A stretch of 64,000 bases of DNA. Origin: Pseudomonadota bacterium. Its GTDB lineage: Bacteria; Bdellovibrionota_F; JAHFAK01; JBDREC01. Positions within the stretch are counted from its first letter, which is position 1, and each line of letters starts with the position of its first letter. Of this stretch, positions 8,188 to 18,554 are shown in pieces. The stretch covers positions 1 to 64,000 of the forward strand of contig JBDREC010000028.1 in NCBI GenBank assembly GCA_043820105.1, in the 5' to 3' direction. Both the position numbers and the translations under genes were made by a program. The notes under the pieces were generated by a model. It did not search any database and had not been told where the DNA came from. It saw only the letters and a program-made list of their open reading frames with translations.

Positions 8188-9615
8188 TTGGAAAACAACG
8201 AGAAAACCATTTACCTAGTTGGCATATGCGGCACAGCCATGGGTTCCTTTGCAGGAATGCTTAAAGAAAAAGGATTTAATGTATTAGGTTCGGATATAAA
8301 CATTTATCCTCCAATGAGTGACCAATTAGAAGATCTGGGAATTCCTGTACTAAATGGATATAGTGCACAAAACATTCCAATCGGTGAAAGCAAACCGGAT
8401 TTTGCTATTATTGGCAACGCATTAAGCAAAGGAAATGTGGAAGCTGAAGAAATAATTAACAGAAAAATCGAATATTCTTCATTTGCAAAAGCTTTTTCTG
8501 ATATCTTTTTAAGTGGTAAAATTCCCTGCGTAATAACAGGGACTCATGGTAAAACAACCACAACTTCCCTTTTAGCCTGGATCCTTGAATCAGCAGGTCT
8601 TGACCCCAATATGTTTGTAGGCGGAATTCCTGCAAACTTTGGGAAAAGCTATAAACTTGGCAAAGGTGATTACTTTGTTGTTGAAGGGGATGAATACGAT
8701 TGTGCCTATTTTGATAAACAACCTAAGTTTCTTCATTATAAACCATTCCATGCAGTTATAACAAGTATTGAATATGATCATTCCGATATTTATGACAGCC
8801 TTGATCAAATTATTAATGAGTTTAAAAAATTCGTTAAACTTGTCCCAGAAAATGGTAACTTAGTTGTTTGTAATAACTACCAAACAGTAAAGGATGTTAT
8901 CAAAGACGCTAAATGCAAGGTCATCACTTATGGGGTTTCCGATGACTCTGATTATACTGTAAAAAATGTTATTTACACTAATGACCATCTTGAATTTGAT
9001 ATCTATCATAAAGGTAAACTCATTGACCATTTTCAAACAAATATGGCAGGTCAGCACAACCTGATGAATATTTTGGCTGCTTTTATTACTGCACAAAACC
9101 TTGGCATTTCAACAGAAGCATTTAAAGAGGGTTTACTAGGTTTTAAGGGCATTAAAAGAAGATTAGAAGTAATTGGCGAAATTAATGATATAGTGCTTAT
9201 TGATGATTTTGCTCACCATCCAACTGCTATTGAAACTACAGTTTTGGCCTGCAAAAAAAAATATAAAAACAGGCGCATATGGCTTATTTTCGAACCAAGA
9301 ACTAACACAACCAGAAGAAATATTTTCGAAAAAGAACTAATAGAAGCTCTATCAATTGGTGACATTGCAATCATTCCCGAAGTCTTTAAATTAGAGGCAA
9401 TCAAGGAAGATGAAAGACTTTCTGTTGATAATGTTATTAAGGGCATCATTGGAAAAAATAGAGAAGCTCATTATATTCCCAAAATAGATGACATTGTTAA
9501 ATTTGTATGCCAGGAATCAAGAGCAAATGATGTTATTTTGATAATGTCTAATGGTGGATTTGGTGGCATATATAAAAAATTACTTGATTCCCTAAAAAGC
9601 AAACCGTTTTCCTAA
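8188..9615 (+). CDS. mpl: UDP-MurNAc:L-Ala-gamma-D-Glu-mDAP ligase (murein tripeptide ligase)
   Basis: GICGTAMG, YPPMSDQLE, GTHGKTTT, EGDEYD.AYFDK.PKFLHY, DDFAHHPTAI, MSNGGFGG. Confidence 0.92.
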   Translation: MENNEKTIYLVGICGTAMGSFAGMLKEKGFNVLGSDINIYPPMSDQLEDLGIPVLNGYSAQNIPIGESKPDFAIIGNALSKGNVEAEEIINRKIEYSSFAKAFSDIFLSGKIPCVITGTHGKTTTTSLLAWILESAGLDPNMFVGGIPANFGKSYKLGKGDYFVVEGDEYDCAYFDKQPKFLHYKPFHAVITSIEYDHSDIYDSLDQIINEFKKFVKLVPENGNLVVCNNYQTVKDVIKDAKCKVITYGVSDDSDYTVKNVIYTNDHLEFDIYHKGKLIDHFQTNMAGQHNLMNILAAFITAQNLGISTEAFKEGLLGFKGIKRRLEVIGEINDIVLIDDFAHHPTAIETTVLACKKKYKNRRIWLIFEPRTNTTRRNIFEKELIEALSIGDIAIIPEVFKLEAIKEDERLSVDNVIKGIIGKNREAHYIPKIDDIVKFVCQESRANDVILIMSNGGFGGIYKKLLDSLKSKPFS

Positions 9616-9630
9616 AAAGGGGCTACAACA

Positions 9631-11079
9631 ATGACTAAAAATTTTCATTTCTTTATTAACAATAGATCACGAACTTCAACTGAAAAAAGAGAAATTCTAA
9701 ATCCATTCACAAATGAAATTTTAGGTAATGTTTATTGGCCTGATGTTTCAGATATTGATGAGGCTATTGAAGGAGCATTTACTGTATTCAAGCAATACTC
9801 TAAAATTCCTTCTTATAAACGCGAAGCATTACTTTTGAAAATAGAAAAACAGGTATCTGAAAAAGCCTCTGAGTTTATTGAAATGATTGTGGCGGAATCA
9901 GGCAAGGCTATTAGCGATGCAAAAATTGAAGTTGACAGAGCTTGTCGTGCTTTTCACCTTGCAGCAGAGGAAACTAAAAGATCAGGTGGGAATGTAATTG
10001 AAATGGATAACTGGGAAATATCAAAAAATAAGATTGGCATTGTAACAAGAATACCTCTAGGTGTTTTATTAGCTGTAACACCATATAATTTCCCTTTTTA
10101 TTTTATTTCACTAAAAATTGCTTCAGCTATTGCAACAGGTTGTCCTTTAATTTTAGTGCCCTCTTCTAAAACATTTCTTACAGCCTCAACACTTGGAGAA
10201 ATAATAAAAGACCTATCAATGCCTGAAGGGAGTATTAATATATTTCCCTGTGATGGATTGGAGCTTGAAGAAATTTTATCAAATCCTAAGATTGATATTT
10301 TTTCATTTACGGGAAATTCACAAAAAGGTTTATACTTAAAAGACAAAGCTAAGAATAAAAAAATAATTTTAGAAACAGGTGGGATGGCTTGCGCTATTAT
10401 TGATGAATACAATGACCTTAATTATGCTGCAGAAAGATGCGCCAAGGGAGCCTTTGCAAACGCTGGTCAAATGTATATTTCTCTTCAGAAAATCCTTATT
10501 AATAAGGACTTATACTCTGAATTTACAAATGAATTCATGAAAGAAGTACAAAAAATAAGAGTTGGAGACCCATCAAATCCAAAAACTCATTATGGACCTT
10601 TAATTGATGATATGGCTACAGCGAAAGTTATGGAAATCATCGAAGATGCAGTTTCTAAAGGTGCAAAGCTTATAGCTGGAGGAAAAAATCAAGGAAATAT
10701 TATCCCTCCAACTATTATAATTAAAACAGACAAAGACATGGAAATTGAAAAAAATGTTTGCTTTGGGCCTGTTGTTACACTTTGTCCATATAATGACATG
10801 AAAGAAGCTGTTGAGATGATTAATTGCAGCCAATCATCAGTCCAAGCAGGAATCTTTTCAGAAAATATTAATAGAATATTTACTTATTATAATTCACTAG
10901 AAATGGGATCAATAATTATTAATGACATACCATCATTTAGAGCAGATCACATGCCTTATGGTGGATATAAAAAATCAGGGCTTGGACAAGAAGGAGTAAA
11001 ATACAATATTGATCAATTAACTCAAGGCAAGCTTCTTGTTTTGAGTTTTGAGCATGCGCCTGAGTGGAAAGGAATTTAA
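9631..11079 (+). CDS. Aldehyde dehydrogenase family protein, catalytic Cys replaced by Tyr
   Basis: TPYNFP, FTG, LETGG, FGPV, PYGGYKKSG; catalytic loop reads NAGQMYIS instead of NAGQxCxA. Confidence 0.85.
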   Translation: MTKNFHFFINNRSRTSTEKREILNPFTNEILGNVYWPDVSDIDEAIEGAFTVFKQYSKIPSYKREALLLKIEKQVSEKASEFIEMIVAESGKAISDAKIEVDRACRAFHLAAEETKRSGGNVIEMDNWEISKNKIGIVTRIPLGVLLAVTPYNFPFYFISLKIASAIATGCPLILVPSSKTFLTASTLGEIIKDLSMPEGSINIFPCDGLELEEILSNPKIDIFSFTGNSQKGLYLKDKAKNKKIILETGGMACAIIDEYNDLNYAAERCAKGAFANAGQMYISLQKILINKDLYSEFTNEFMKEVQKIRVGDPSNPKTHYGPLIDDMATAKVMEIIEDAVSKGAKLIAGGKNQGNIIPPTIIIKTDKDMEIEKNVCFGPVVTLCPYNDMKEAVEMINCSQSSVQAGIFSENINRIFTYYNSLEMGSIIINDIPSFRADHMPYGGYKKSGLGQEGVKYNIDQLTQGKLLVLSFEHAPEWKGI

Positions 11080-11089
11080 TCCTTTTGGT

Positions 11090-11247
11090 CAATAATCAAT
11101 TTTCAATGCAAAGAAAATAAAATACAAGTCTGTTCTCCCCCATTAATTATTATTTATTAATTATTACTTATTAATTATTCTAAAAAAACACTTATGTTTT
11201 TTCTCTTCATTGAGAATTGAAAATTGATTGTTGATTATTGATTATTT
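11090..11247. repeat. AATAATC / GATTATT-type inverted heptamer arrays between convergent genes
   Basis: CAATAATCAATTTTCAATG ... TTAATTATTATTTATTAATTATT ... TTGATTGTTGATTATTGATTATT. Confidence 0.65.
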
Positions 11248-11278
11248 TTCTTCTTTGACACCTCCACCACTCGCAAGC

Positions 11279-13120
11279 CTAAGACACCCACCCATCCAAT
11301 ATAACTTCCACTGCTTCAATATCATTAAAAGGCGGCATAATGTATGCTCCTGCTACTATGCCTTTACTATCGTACAAGGTTTCTTTAGCAATTTCGATTC
11401 CGATTTTCTTGGCTTCTTTGGAATTGCTAGCTTTTCTCAAGGTATCTCTGATTTTTTCTGGAACTTGCATTCCTGGTACTTCATTATGTAAAAATTCTGC
11501 GTTTCTATAACTAGACAATGGCAAGATACCAATTAAAAGAGGTTTTTCATATTCTTCAATTCTTTTTAAAAACTCCTTAAATAAAGAAAGTTCATAAACT
11601 GGTTGGGTCATAATAAAATCAGCACCATGCTTTATTTTTCTCTCAAGGCGCTTTAGTTCTTTTTCAATATCAATAGCACCTGGATTTGCCCCAACTCCCA
11701 CATAAAAAGCAGTATTTGAGTTCATTGGATTGCCAGCTATATCAAGGCCAAGGTTCATTCTGCTAACAACTTTAGTTAAGCCAATTGAATCAAGATCAAA
11801 AACAGAAGTTGCATCTGGATAATCACCAAGACGAGGAGGATCTCCTGTTACCAAAAGAACATTATTTAAGCCGAGGGCAAAAGCCCCCAAAAGATCTGCT
11901 TGCAGACCTAAAATGTTTCGATCTCTACAACAAACATGTGGTATTGTTTCAATGCCTACGACATCCTCAAAAATTTGAGCAAGTGCAAGTGGTGACATTC
12001 TTGAAGAAGCCCGAGGTCCATCAGCTATATTAATTGCATCAACATCTAAGTTCTTCAAACGAATTGCGGCATTCAGGCACTTTTCAACGTCTGTTCCACG
12101 TGGCGGATCAATTTCAACGGAAATAACAAATTTCTTATTCCGCAACTTTCTTGCAAGCTGTGATTTTAATGCTTCCTTTTTTATTTTTTCAATTGGCTTT
12201 TCCTGGTTAAAACCAATTGAATCATCATAAGATGGTTCAATAAGGCGAGGTGAAAGTGCCAGAGATGTGGTTTTATAGGCTTTTATATGCTCAGGTGTTG
12301 TCCCACAGCAACCACCAATAATACTAATTCCTGATTGTATAAATCTTTTTGCATATTCTCCAAAATATTCTGGACTTGTTAAATAAATAATTCTGTCATC
12401 TATTCTCTTGGGAATACCAGCGTTGGGTTGAGCAGACAAATACTTATTCGTATTTTTTTTTATTCTAGTAATACTATCTAAAATTACCTTAGGCCCTACA
12501 CTGCAATTCAAACCTATTACTTGAATATCAATTTCATCAAGTTTTTTACCTATTTCTTCGGGAGATTCTCCTGCCAAGCTATTACCTTCATCATTAACTG
12601 TAAGTTGAGCAATAATAGGAATATAAGTACTAAGTCTTCTAGCTACTTTTATTGCCTGTAATATTCTCTCTATTCCATGAAAGGTTTCAAACATCAATAC
12701 GTCAACACCCTCTTCTAATAAAACCTGTATTTGCTCTTCATAAATTTCGCTAATTTCTTCAATTGTAAAATCATTTTTTGTGTTCAAACTCCTTCCAATA
12801 GGACCTACTGCTCCTGCAACAATAACGTCTTTAGATACTTCTCTTGCAATTCGAACTCCGGCTTGATTTATTTCTTTAACCTTATTTTCCAGTCCAAAGC
12901 GTTTAAGTTTCAATCTGTTTGCTGCAAAGGTATTTGTTTCAATTATATCAGCTCCTGCCTTAATATAGTCTTTATGTATATCACTAATCATTTCTGGAGA
13001 AGATAAATTAAGCTCATCATAACATCTATTTATATAAACGCCTTTTTGATATAGCATGGTACCCATACCACCATCACAAATAAGAATGCCTTTTTTTAGC
13101 CTGTCTAAAAATTTACTCAT
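11279..13120 (-). CDS. yitJ: Bifunctional homocysteine S-methyltransferase / methylenetetrahydrofolate reductase (YitJ-type)
   Basis: DGGMGT, GLNC, GGCCGTTPEHI (Zn site) followed by VEIDPP, CRDRN, TGDPP, TQPVY of MTHFR. Confidence 0.9.
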   Translation of the reverse strand: MSKFLDRLKKGILICDGGMGTMLYQKGVYINRCYDELNLSSPEMISDIHKDYIKAGADIIETNTFAANRLKLKRFGLENKVKEINQAGVRIAREVSKDVIVAGAVGPIGRSLNTKNDFTIEEISEIYEEQIQVLLEEGVDVLMFETFHGIERILQAIKVARRLSTYIPIIAQLTVNDEGNSLAGESPEEIGKKLDEIDIQVIGLNCSVGPKVILDSITRIKKNTNKYLSAQPNAGIPKRIDDRIIYLTSPEYFGEYAKRFIQSGISIIGGCCGTTPEHIKAYKTTSLALSPRLIEPSYDDSIGFNQEKPIEKIKKEALKSQLARKLRNKKFVISVEIDPPRGTDVEKCLNAAIRLKNLDVDAINIADGPRASSRMSPLALAQIFEDVVGIETIPHVCCRDRNILGLQADLLGAFALGLNNVLLVTGDPPRLGDYPDATSVFDLDSIGLTKVVSRMNLGLDIAGNPMNSNTAFYVGVGANPGAIDIEKELKRLERKIKHGADFIMTQPVYELSLFKEFLKRIEEYEKPLLIGILPLSSYRNAEFLHNEVPGMQVPEKIRDTLRKASNSKEAKKIGIEIAKETLYDSKGIVAGAYIMPPFNDIEAVEVILDGWVS

Positions 13121-13243
13121 ATCAACTTCCTTTTCATAGCTTATACGTATTATTGTAAAATAATAAATAAATATTTGATAATTTTAGGCTTATAAATTAA
13201 TATTATCAATATTAAATTATTAAAAGAATAAAGGATTTGATAA

Positions 13244-13885
13244 ATGAAAAAATTATTTATTATGTTAGCTCTCTTATTCTTATTAAATGAACTTTTTCTT
13301 TTTGCTCAATGTAAATCGAGCCCTAAAGAAAATGAAAAAATGCTTAATGAAATGATGGGTGATATTAAAAAGATGCAATCAGAGGATATTGCTGATAAAG
13401 TCTTAGATGATTTATTCATATACCCAAATAAAGGTATTGGAAATATTAACCTTGATTCCTTGCTTGAAACTATTAAAGATAATAAAATAAACCCTTTAGA
13501 ATCAGATAATCCATTAAACCTTTATGTAAAAGGAATTATGACTAATGATAAATTTTTATGGATTAAAGATTTAAAAGTCTCCAAAATTGAAGGATCAAAC
13601 ATATTGATATTGAGCAAAAATAATAATATTATAGCTATGATATGCTTAAATGATAAGTATAGGACTTCAATTGGTGATATTAGTGTTAGTGAATTTGAAG
13701 AATCACATGAAAGACTTCCCCAGGAGTATAAATCCAAAAAGAAACTCTATACATGGGATTATGAAAAAGTTTACAAGTATTTTAATTATCATGGCATTAT
13801 TTTTATATCAAAAAAAGGAGAGGATTCTTCTGAAATTGTAGCAATAGCTGTTTATAAAGAAAAGGAAGAAGAAATTAAAAAATAA
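13244..13885 (+). CDS. Hypothetical exported protein
   Basis: 213-aa ORF with N-terminal signal-like peptide, AAGGA RBS, 7 bp before the SBP gene. Confidence 0.6.
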   Translation: MKKLFIMLALLFLLNELFLFAQCKSSPKENEKMLNEMMGDIKKMQSEDIADKVLDDLFIYPNKGIGNINLDSLLETIKDNKINPLESDNPLNLYVKGIMTNDKFLWIKDLKVSKIEGSNILILSKNNNIIAMICLNDKYRTSIGDISVSEFEESHERLPQEYKSKKKLYTWDYEKVYKYFNYHGIIFISKKGEDSSEIVAIAVYKEKEEEIKK

Positions 13886-13892
13886 TAAAACT

Positions 13893-15659
13893 ATGAAAAA
13901 TTTTATCCCTATCATAATACTAATTCCTTTATTAGTATGTAATTTTATTTCATGCCAATCTTGTCTTAAAGAAAAAAAACACGCGATTATTGCAGAAAAT
14001 CCAAAGCAGGTCATTGCTGATGCAATTAAATTTAATGGAAGTGGAAATAAAGGTAATACCTTAATACTTCCAGTAATTTCCGGACCGAATACCTTTAATC
14101 CTATCACTGCAAATGACTTTAATTCAATTAGCCTATTGTTTCCAATGATATTTCAATCTTTAGTTGAATATAATCCAAGTACCAAAGAAATATTTCCCCA
14201 CTTAGCAAAGAACTATGAATTACTTGAAAATGGCAAATACATATTTCACCTTAGAAAAGGCAACCTATGGTCTGACGGTCATAAAATTACAACTAGTGAT
14301 ATAAAATTTTCCTTTGAACTTGCTTTATCTAAAGATATTCCATCACAAATAAGCAATGATATTAAGAATAATAGACCTAATATAGATATTATTGATGACT
14401 ATACAATTTCATTTAACTTCCATAAAACAGATGCCTCAACAATTTTAACCATCGGTTCAATTAAAATTATTCCAAAACATATTTACAATGACCTATATGA
14501 AACCGGAAACTTCGCAACAGCTCTTGGTATTGATACTCCGTGCGATAAAATTATTGGATCTGGCCCGTATAAGCTTTCTATGTTTATAAGGGGAGAGAAA
14601 CTTGTTTATTCAAGAAATGATAATTACATGAAATTTGATAATAATGGAAAGCAGCTACCTTATTTTGATAAAGTTATTTTTACAATAATTCCTGATTTCA
14701 ACACAGCTTATCTCAAATTTCTAAATGGTGAACTTGACTCGCTTGGACATATTGCACTTTCAAATGCTATCTTATTAAAACGTGAGCAAGAAAATAAAAA
14801 TTTTACTTTGTTTAATATTGGTCCTGCACTGGTAAGTAATTTCCTTTGGTTTAATTTGAGTGTTAATAATAAAAATTCAGAAAATTATAAGATTAAACTA
14901 TTTAAAAATAATAAGTTTAGAAAGGCAATTGCTCACGCTATTGATAGAGAAGCTCTATGTAAAAATATTTTTGAATCCAACTGTATACTACAAAACCAAC
15001 CTTTTGAACATGAAAACAAAGAGTTCTCTTGTAACAATATCAATATATATAATTACTCTCCTTCAAAAGCCAAAGCATATTTAAAGGAATTAGGATTTGC
15101 CCGAAAAAACAAGGACCAAATCCTTAAAGATAAAGATGGAAATGAATTAAAGCTTTCTATTATGACCAACTCTGAATCCAGGTCAATCAATAGCATTGCT
15201 ACTATGATAAAAAGTGACCTTGAGAAGATTGGAATCTTAGTTCACATTGATACAGTTTCCTATTCTTTATTCACATCAAGAGTTTTTAATGAGAAAAAAT
15301 ATGAAGCTGCCCTATTTTCCCTAACAGCAGGTGTTCCACCAGATCCAATGATTGCGAAAGAATTCTATCTTTCTTCAGGCAGACTTCATTTATGGAATCA
15401 TTCTCAAAAATCTCCCGAAACAAGTTGGGAAGCAGTGATTGATGAAAACATGTATCTAATGATGGAAAAAATAAATAAGGATATACGAAAAGACGCTTGG
15501 TGTAAAATTGTACGCACTTTATCAGAAGAACTGCCAGTTATTTACCTTATCAAACCTTTTTCATTTGTTGCTGCTAAAAATTCATTGGCAAACTTTCAAC
15601 CAGTGCTAACTAATCCAAGAGATTATTGGAATATCGATGAATTATATAGAAAAAATTAG
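13893..15659 (+). CDS. ABC transporter substrate-binding lipoprotein, family 5 (OppA/DppA-like)
   Basis: P.TFNP, LAK.YE, FHLRKG..WSDG..IT..DI.FS, IGSGPYKL, FRKAIAHAIDR; lipobox-like FISC. Confidence 0.88.
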   Translation: MKNFIPIIILIPLLVCNFISCQSCLKEKKHAIIAENPKQVIADAIKFNGSGNKGNTLILPVISGPNTFNPITANDFNSISLLFPMIFQSLVEYNPSTKEIFPHLAKNYELLENGKYIFHLRKGNLWSDGHKITTSDIKFSFELALSKDIPSQISNDIKNNRPNIDIIDDYTISFNFHKTDASTILTIGSIKIIPKHIYNDLYETGNFATALGIDTPCDKIIGSGPYKLSMFIRGEKLVYSRNDNYMKFDNNGKQLPYFDKVIFTIIPDFNTAYLKFLNGELDSLGHIALSNAILLKREQENKNFTLFNIGPALVSNFLWFNLSVNNKNSENYKIKLFKNNKFRKAIAHAIDREALCKNIFESNCILQNQPFEHENKEFSCNNINIYNYSPSKAKAYLKELGFARKNKDQILKDKDGNELKLSIMTNSESRSINSIATMIKSDLEKIGILVHIDTVSYSLFTSRVFNEKKYEAALFSLTAGVPPDPMIAKEFYLSSGRLHLWNHSQKSPETSWEAVIDENMYLMMEKINKDIRKDAWCKIVRTLSEELPVIYLIKPFSFVAAKNSLANFQPVLTNPRDYWNIDELYRKN

Positions 15660-16189
15660 ACAGAAATTTCTTGTCGAGCTCCATAAATATCAACATCATC
15701 AAGCATATCCTTGTTTCGCCAGTCGTCTGCCCATTGAGTAACACTAAATTCTTGATAAGAACCATCTATTGTAGTGCATATAACTTTATTTAAACCAGAG
15801 TTAATAATCATTTTTTTGCAAATAAAACATGGAAAGGCATTAATTTTTATTGTCTTACCATTATCCAGTCTTTCACCATAAATATACATATCTCCATTTA
15901 ATAAAGATACTCCAGCACGCGAGGCATTAATAATTGCATTCATCTCCGCGTGGATACTCCTGCAAAGTTCATATCTGTGGCCAGATGGAATATTTAATTT
16001 CCTACGCAAACATTCATCTCTTTGAAAACAATCCATTGTTTTACGTGGGGCTCCAACATAACCAGCTGCGATTATTTGATCATCTCTAACAATTATTGCC
16101 CCAATTTTAATATGCATACAAGTTGATCGTGCAGAAATCTGGTTGGCTATTGACAAGTAATACTCAACTTTATCAGGCCTGAATGTCAT
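15656..16189 (-). CDS. dCMP deaminase family protein (ComEB-like)
   Basis: RSTC, GA.IV, HAEMNAI and PCFICKK zinc motifs. Confidence 0.9.
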   Translation of the reverse strand: MTFRPDKVEYYLSIANQISARSTCMHIKIGAIIVRDDQIIAAGYVGAPRKTMDCFQRDECLRRKLNIPSGHRYELCRSIHAEMNAIINASRAGVSLLNGDMYIYGERLDNGKTIKINAFPCFICKKMIINSGLNKVICTTIDGSYQEFSVTQWADDWRNKDMLDDVDIYGARQEISV

Positions 16190-16757
16190 GCATTACCTCT
16201 TTGAGTTGATTTAAAAGAAAATCTTCATTCTTTGTATTAATAAGAGTATAATCTGCCATGGCAATGGGACCTGCTTTCTCAATTTTTTCAATCTCAGCAT
16301 AATCTCTATTTTGTGCATCTTCATTTGAAATTGATCTGAAAACTAAATCTTCATCATTACCATGAGCACTTGCTCTATTTTCTAACCTTGTATACCTTGT
16401 TTTTGGGTCTGCATAGACTGAAATAACTAATAAATTATCAGCATATTTCTCTTTTAATATCTTATATTCAGACCAGCTGTATAAACCATCAGCAATAACA
16501 TTATTATGTGCAAGAAAATCATCTATTTTAGGGATATTTAGAATTGCGTAGGCTGCCATCCCATGTTCTTTTCTAAACTCTTCCCTTATCTTTCTCTCAT
16601 GTTCTTCTTTGGGGGGAAGACCTCTTTTTTTTACTTCGTCCAGAGTAAGTTGACCAAAGCGAACATAGCCCCAACCTAGTTTTTTAAGTTCTTCGGAAAC
16701 AATAGATTTTCCAGAACCGCACATTCCAACAATAGCTATTACCTTGTTCAAACTCAT
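16173..16757 (-). CDS. P-loop nucleotide kinase (dephospho-CoA-kinase-like, UPF0200-type)
   Basis: IAIVGMCGSGKS Walker A, IADG, lid region RYTRLENR, RD.AE, ADYTLIN. Confidence 0.8.
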   Translation of the reverse strand: MSLNKVIAIVGMCGSGKSIVSEELKKLGWGYVRFGQLTLDEVKKRGLPPKEEHERKIREEFRKEHGMAAYAILNIPKIDDFLAHNNVIADGLYSWSEYKILKEKYADNLLVISVYADPKTRYTRLENRASAHGNDEDLVFRSISNEDAQNRDYAEIEKIEKAGPIAMADYTLINTKNEDFLLNQLKEVMHDIQA

Positions 16758-18097
16758 ATCTCATCCTCATAAGAGTAATTGTCAAAGCGAGTATATTCTC
16801 CAAAAAAACGCAAATTTATATTACCAACTGCACCATTTCTGTGCTTAGCTATTCTAATTTCAGATTTTGTTGGATCTTCTGTTTGAGGGTTATAAAAAGC
16901 ATCTCGATAAATGAACATAATAACATCAGCATCTTGTTCAATTGCACCTGACTCACGCAGATCGGACATCATTGGCCTTTTATCTGTCCTTGCTTCAACT
17001 GCTCTATTTAGCTGTGACAAGCAAATAACTGGAAGCACAAGCTCTTTGGCAAGATTTTTTAATGACTTTGAAATTTCAGCTACTTCTTGTTCTTTATTGC
17101 CAAATCTTCCAGCAGCATTAATTAATTGTAGATAATCTACAACAATCAAACCAATATCCTGTTCTTTTTTAATTCTTCTAGCTCTTGCTCTGAGATCTGA
17201 TATCTTCAAACCGCCTATATCATCAATGAATATTTTAGCTTCTGATAAAACTCCAGCTGCATTAGCTAGCTTTTTCCAGTCTGTATCATCTAGAAACCCA
17301 GATTTGATTTTATTTGAATCAATTCTTGATTGACTACACAAAAGTCTTTCTGAAAGCTGCTCTTTTGACATTTCAAGAGAAAAAATGAGTACTGGAATTT
17401 TATCGTTTATTGCTGAGTTAACAGCAAAGTTTAGAGCAAGTGCTGTTTTTCCCATTGAAGGACGAGCTGCTAAAATAATGAGTTCAGAGCTTTGAAAGCC
17501 ATGCAAGAGTCTATCTAAATCTTTGTATCCAGATGTTTTACCTGTAATTTCTCGCTTTTCTTCATATCTTTTTTCAATATCAATAAAATTTCTTTTTAAA
17601 ACATCTGATAATGGAAAAGCTGTTTGCCTCATTTCTGTTTCAGACACCTTAAAAACAGATTGTTGAGCAAAATCTACAAAATCTTCGACCTCACCTTCAG
17701 CACTATAGCCTTGTTCAGCAATGCTCGTAGCGACTGAAATGAGATTTCGCCTTATAGATTTTTCTTTTATAATTGAAGCATAATATACAATATTAGCTGA
17801 TGTAGGAACAAAATCAACAAGGTCAGCTACATATGCAGCTCCACCAATTTTTGAAAGCATATCACTACTATTTAGCTCTTCAATCAGGGTAATGCTATCA
17901 ATAGGTTCTTGCTTATCAAAAAGAAGTTCAATAGTAGCGAAAATATGTTTATGACTTTCCTTATAAAAGTCTTCTGACTTAAGAATATCCTGAACCTTAT
18001 ATATAGCTTCATTATCAAGCAGAATAGCTCCCAATACAGACTTCTCTGCTTCAATATTATGTGGGGAAACTCTAAATTCAGATCCAGCCTTAGCCAT
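16754..18097 (-). CDS. dnaB: Replicative DNA helicase
   Basis: EAEKSVLGAIL, AARPSMGKT, FSLEM, VDYLQL, SQLNR, DLRESGAIEQDAD, KHRNG. Confidence 0.97.
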   Translation of the reverse strand: MAKAGSEFRVSPHNIEAEKSVLGAILLDNEAIYKVQDILKSEDFYKESHKHIFATIELLFDKQEPIDSITLIEELNSSDMLSKIGGAAYVADLVDFVPTSANIVYYASIIKEKSIRRNLISVATSIAEQGYSAEGEVEDFVDFAQQSVFKVSETEMRQTAFPLSDVLKRNFIDIEKRYEEKREITGKTSGYKDLDRLLHGFQSSELIILAARPSMGKTALALNFAVNSAINDKIPVLIFSLEMSKEQLSERLLCSQSRIDSNKIKSGFLDDTDWKKLANAAGVLSEAKIFIDDIGGLKISDLRARARRIKKEQDIGLIVVDYLQLINAAGRFGNKEQEVAEISKSLKNLAKELVLPVICLSQLNRAVEARTDKRPMMSDLRESGAIEQDADVIMFIYRDAFYNPQTEDPTKSEIRIAKHRNGAVGNINLRFFGEYTRFDNYSYEDEI

Positions 18098-18540
18098 TAT
18101 TCTTCAACTACCCAAACCTTGAGTTTGGCTTCAACTTCACTTGCTACTTTAACCTTAACATTGTAAACGCCTAGTTTTTTAATTTGATCATCAATGATAA
18201 TATTCTTTTTATCAACATTAATACCCTCTTGTTCTAAGCTTTTTTCAATTTCTTTTGTAGTAACTGAACCGTATAATAAATCGTTTTCAGATACTTTTTT
18301 TGAAATTGTTAAAGAAATTGTTTCGATTTTTGTGGCAAGATCTTTAGCTTCTAAAATTAATTTTTGCTTTTTATGATCAATAAGCATTTTCTTATGACTA
18401 ATAGCAGTAACATTTTTTCCATCAGCTAGAAATGCAATCTTTTTAGGAATCAGGAAATTCCTGGCATATCCATCCTTAACCTCAATAATATCACCAGCTT
18501 CACCTAGATCTTTATATTTTTCGGTGAGTATTACTTTCAT
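18097..18540 (-). CDS. rplI: 50S ribosomal protein bL9
   Basis: MKVIL..LG..GD...VKDGYARNFLIP, LYGSVT. Confidence 0.97.
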   Translation of the reverse strand: MKVILTEKYKDLGEAGDIIEVKDGYARNFLIPKKIAFLADGKNVTAISHKKMLIDHKKQKLILEAKDLATKIETISLTISKKVSENDLLYGSVTTKEIEKSLEQEGINVDKKNIIIDDQIKKLGVYNVKVKVASEVEAKLKVWVVEE

Positions 18541-18554
18541 GTGACCTCCAAAAT

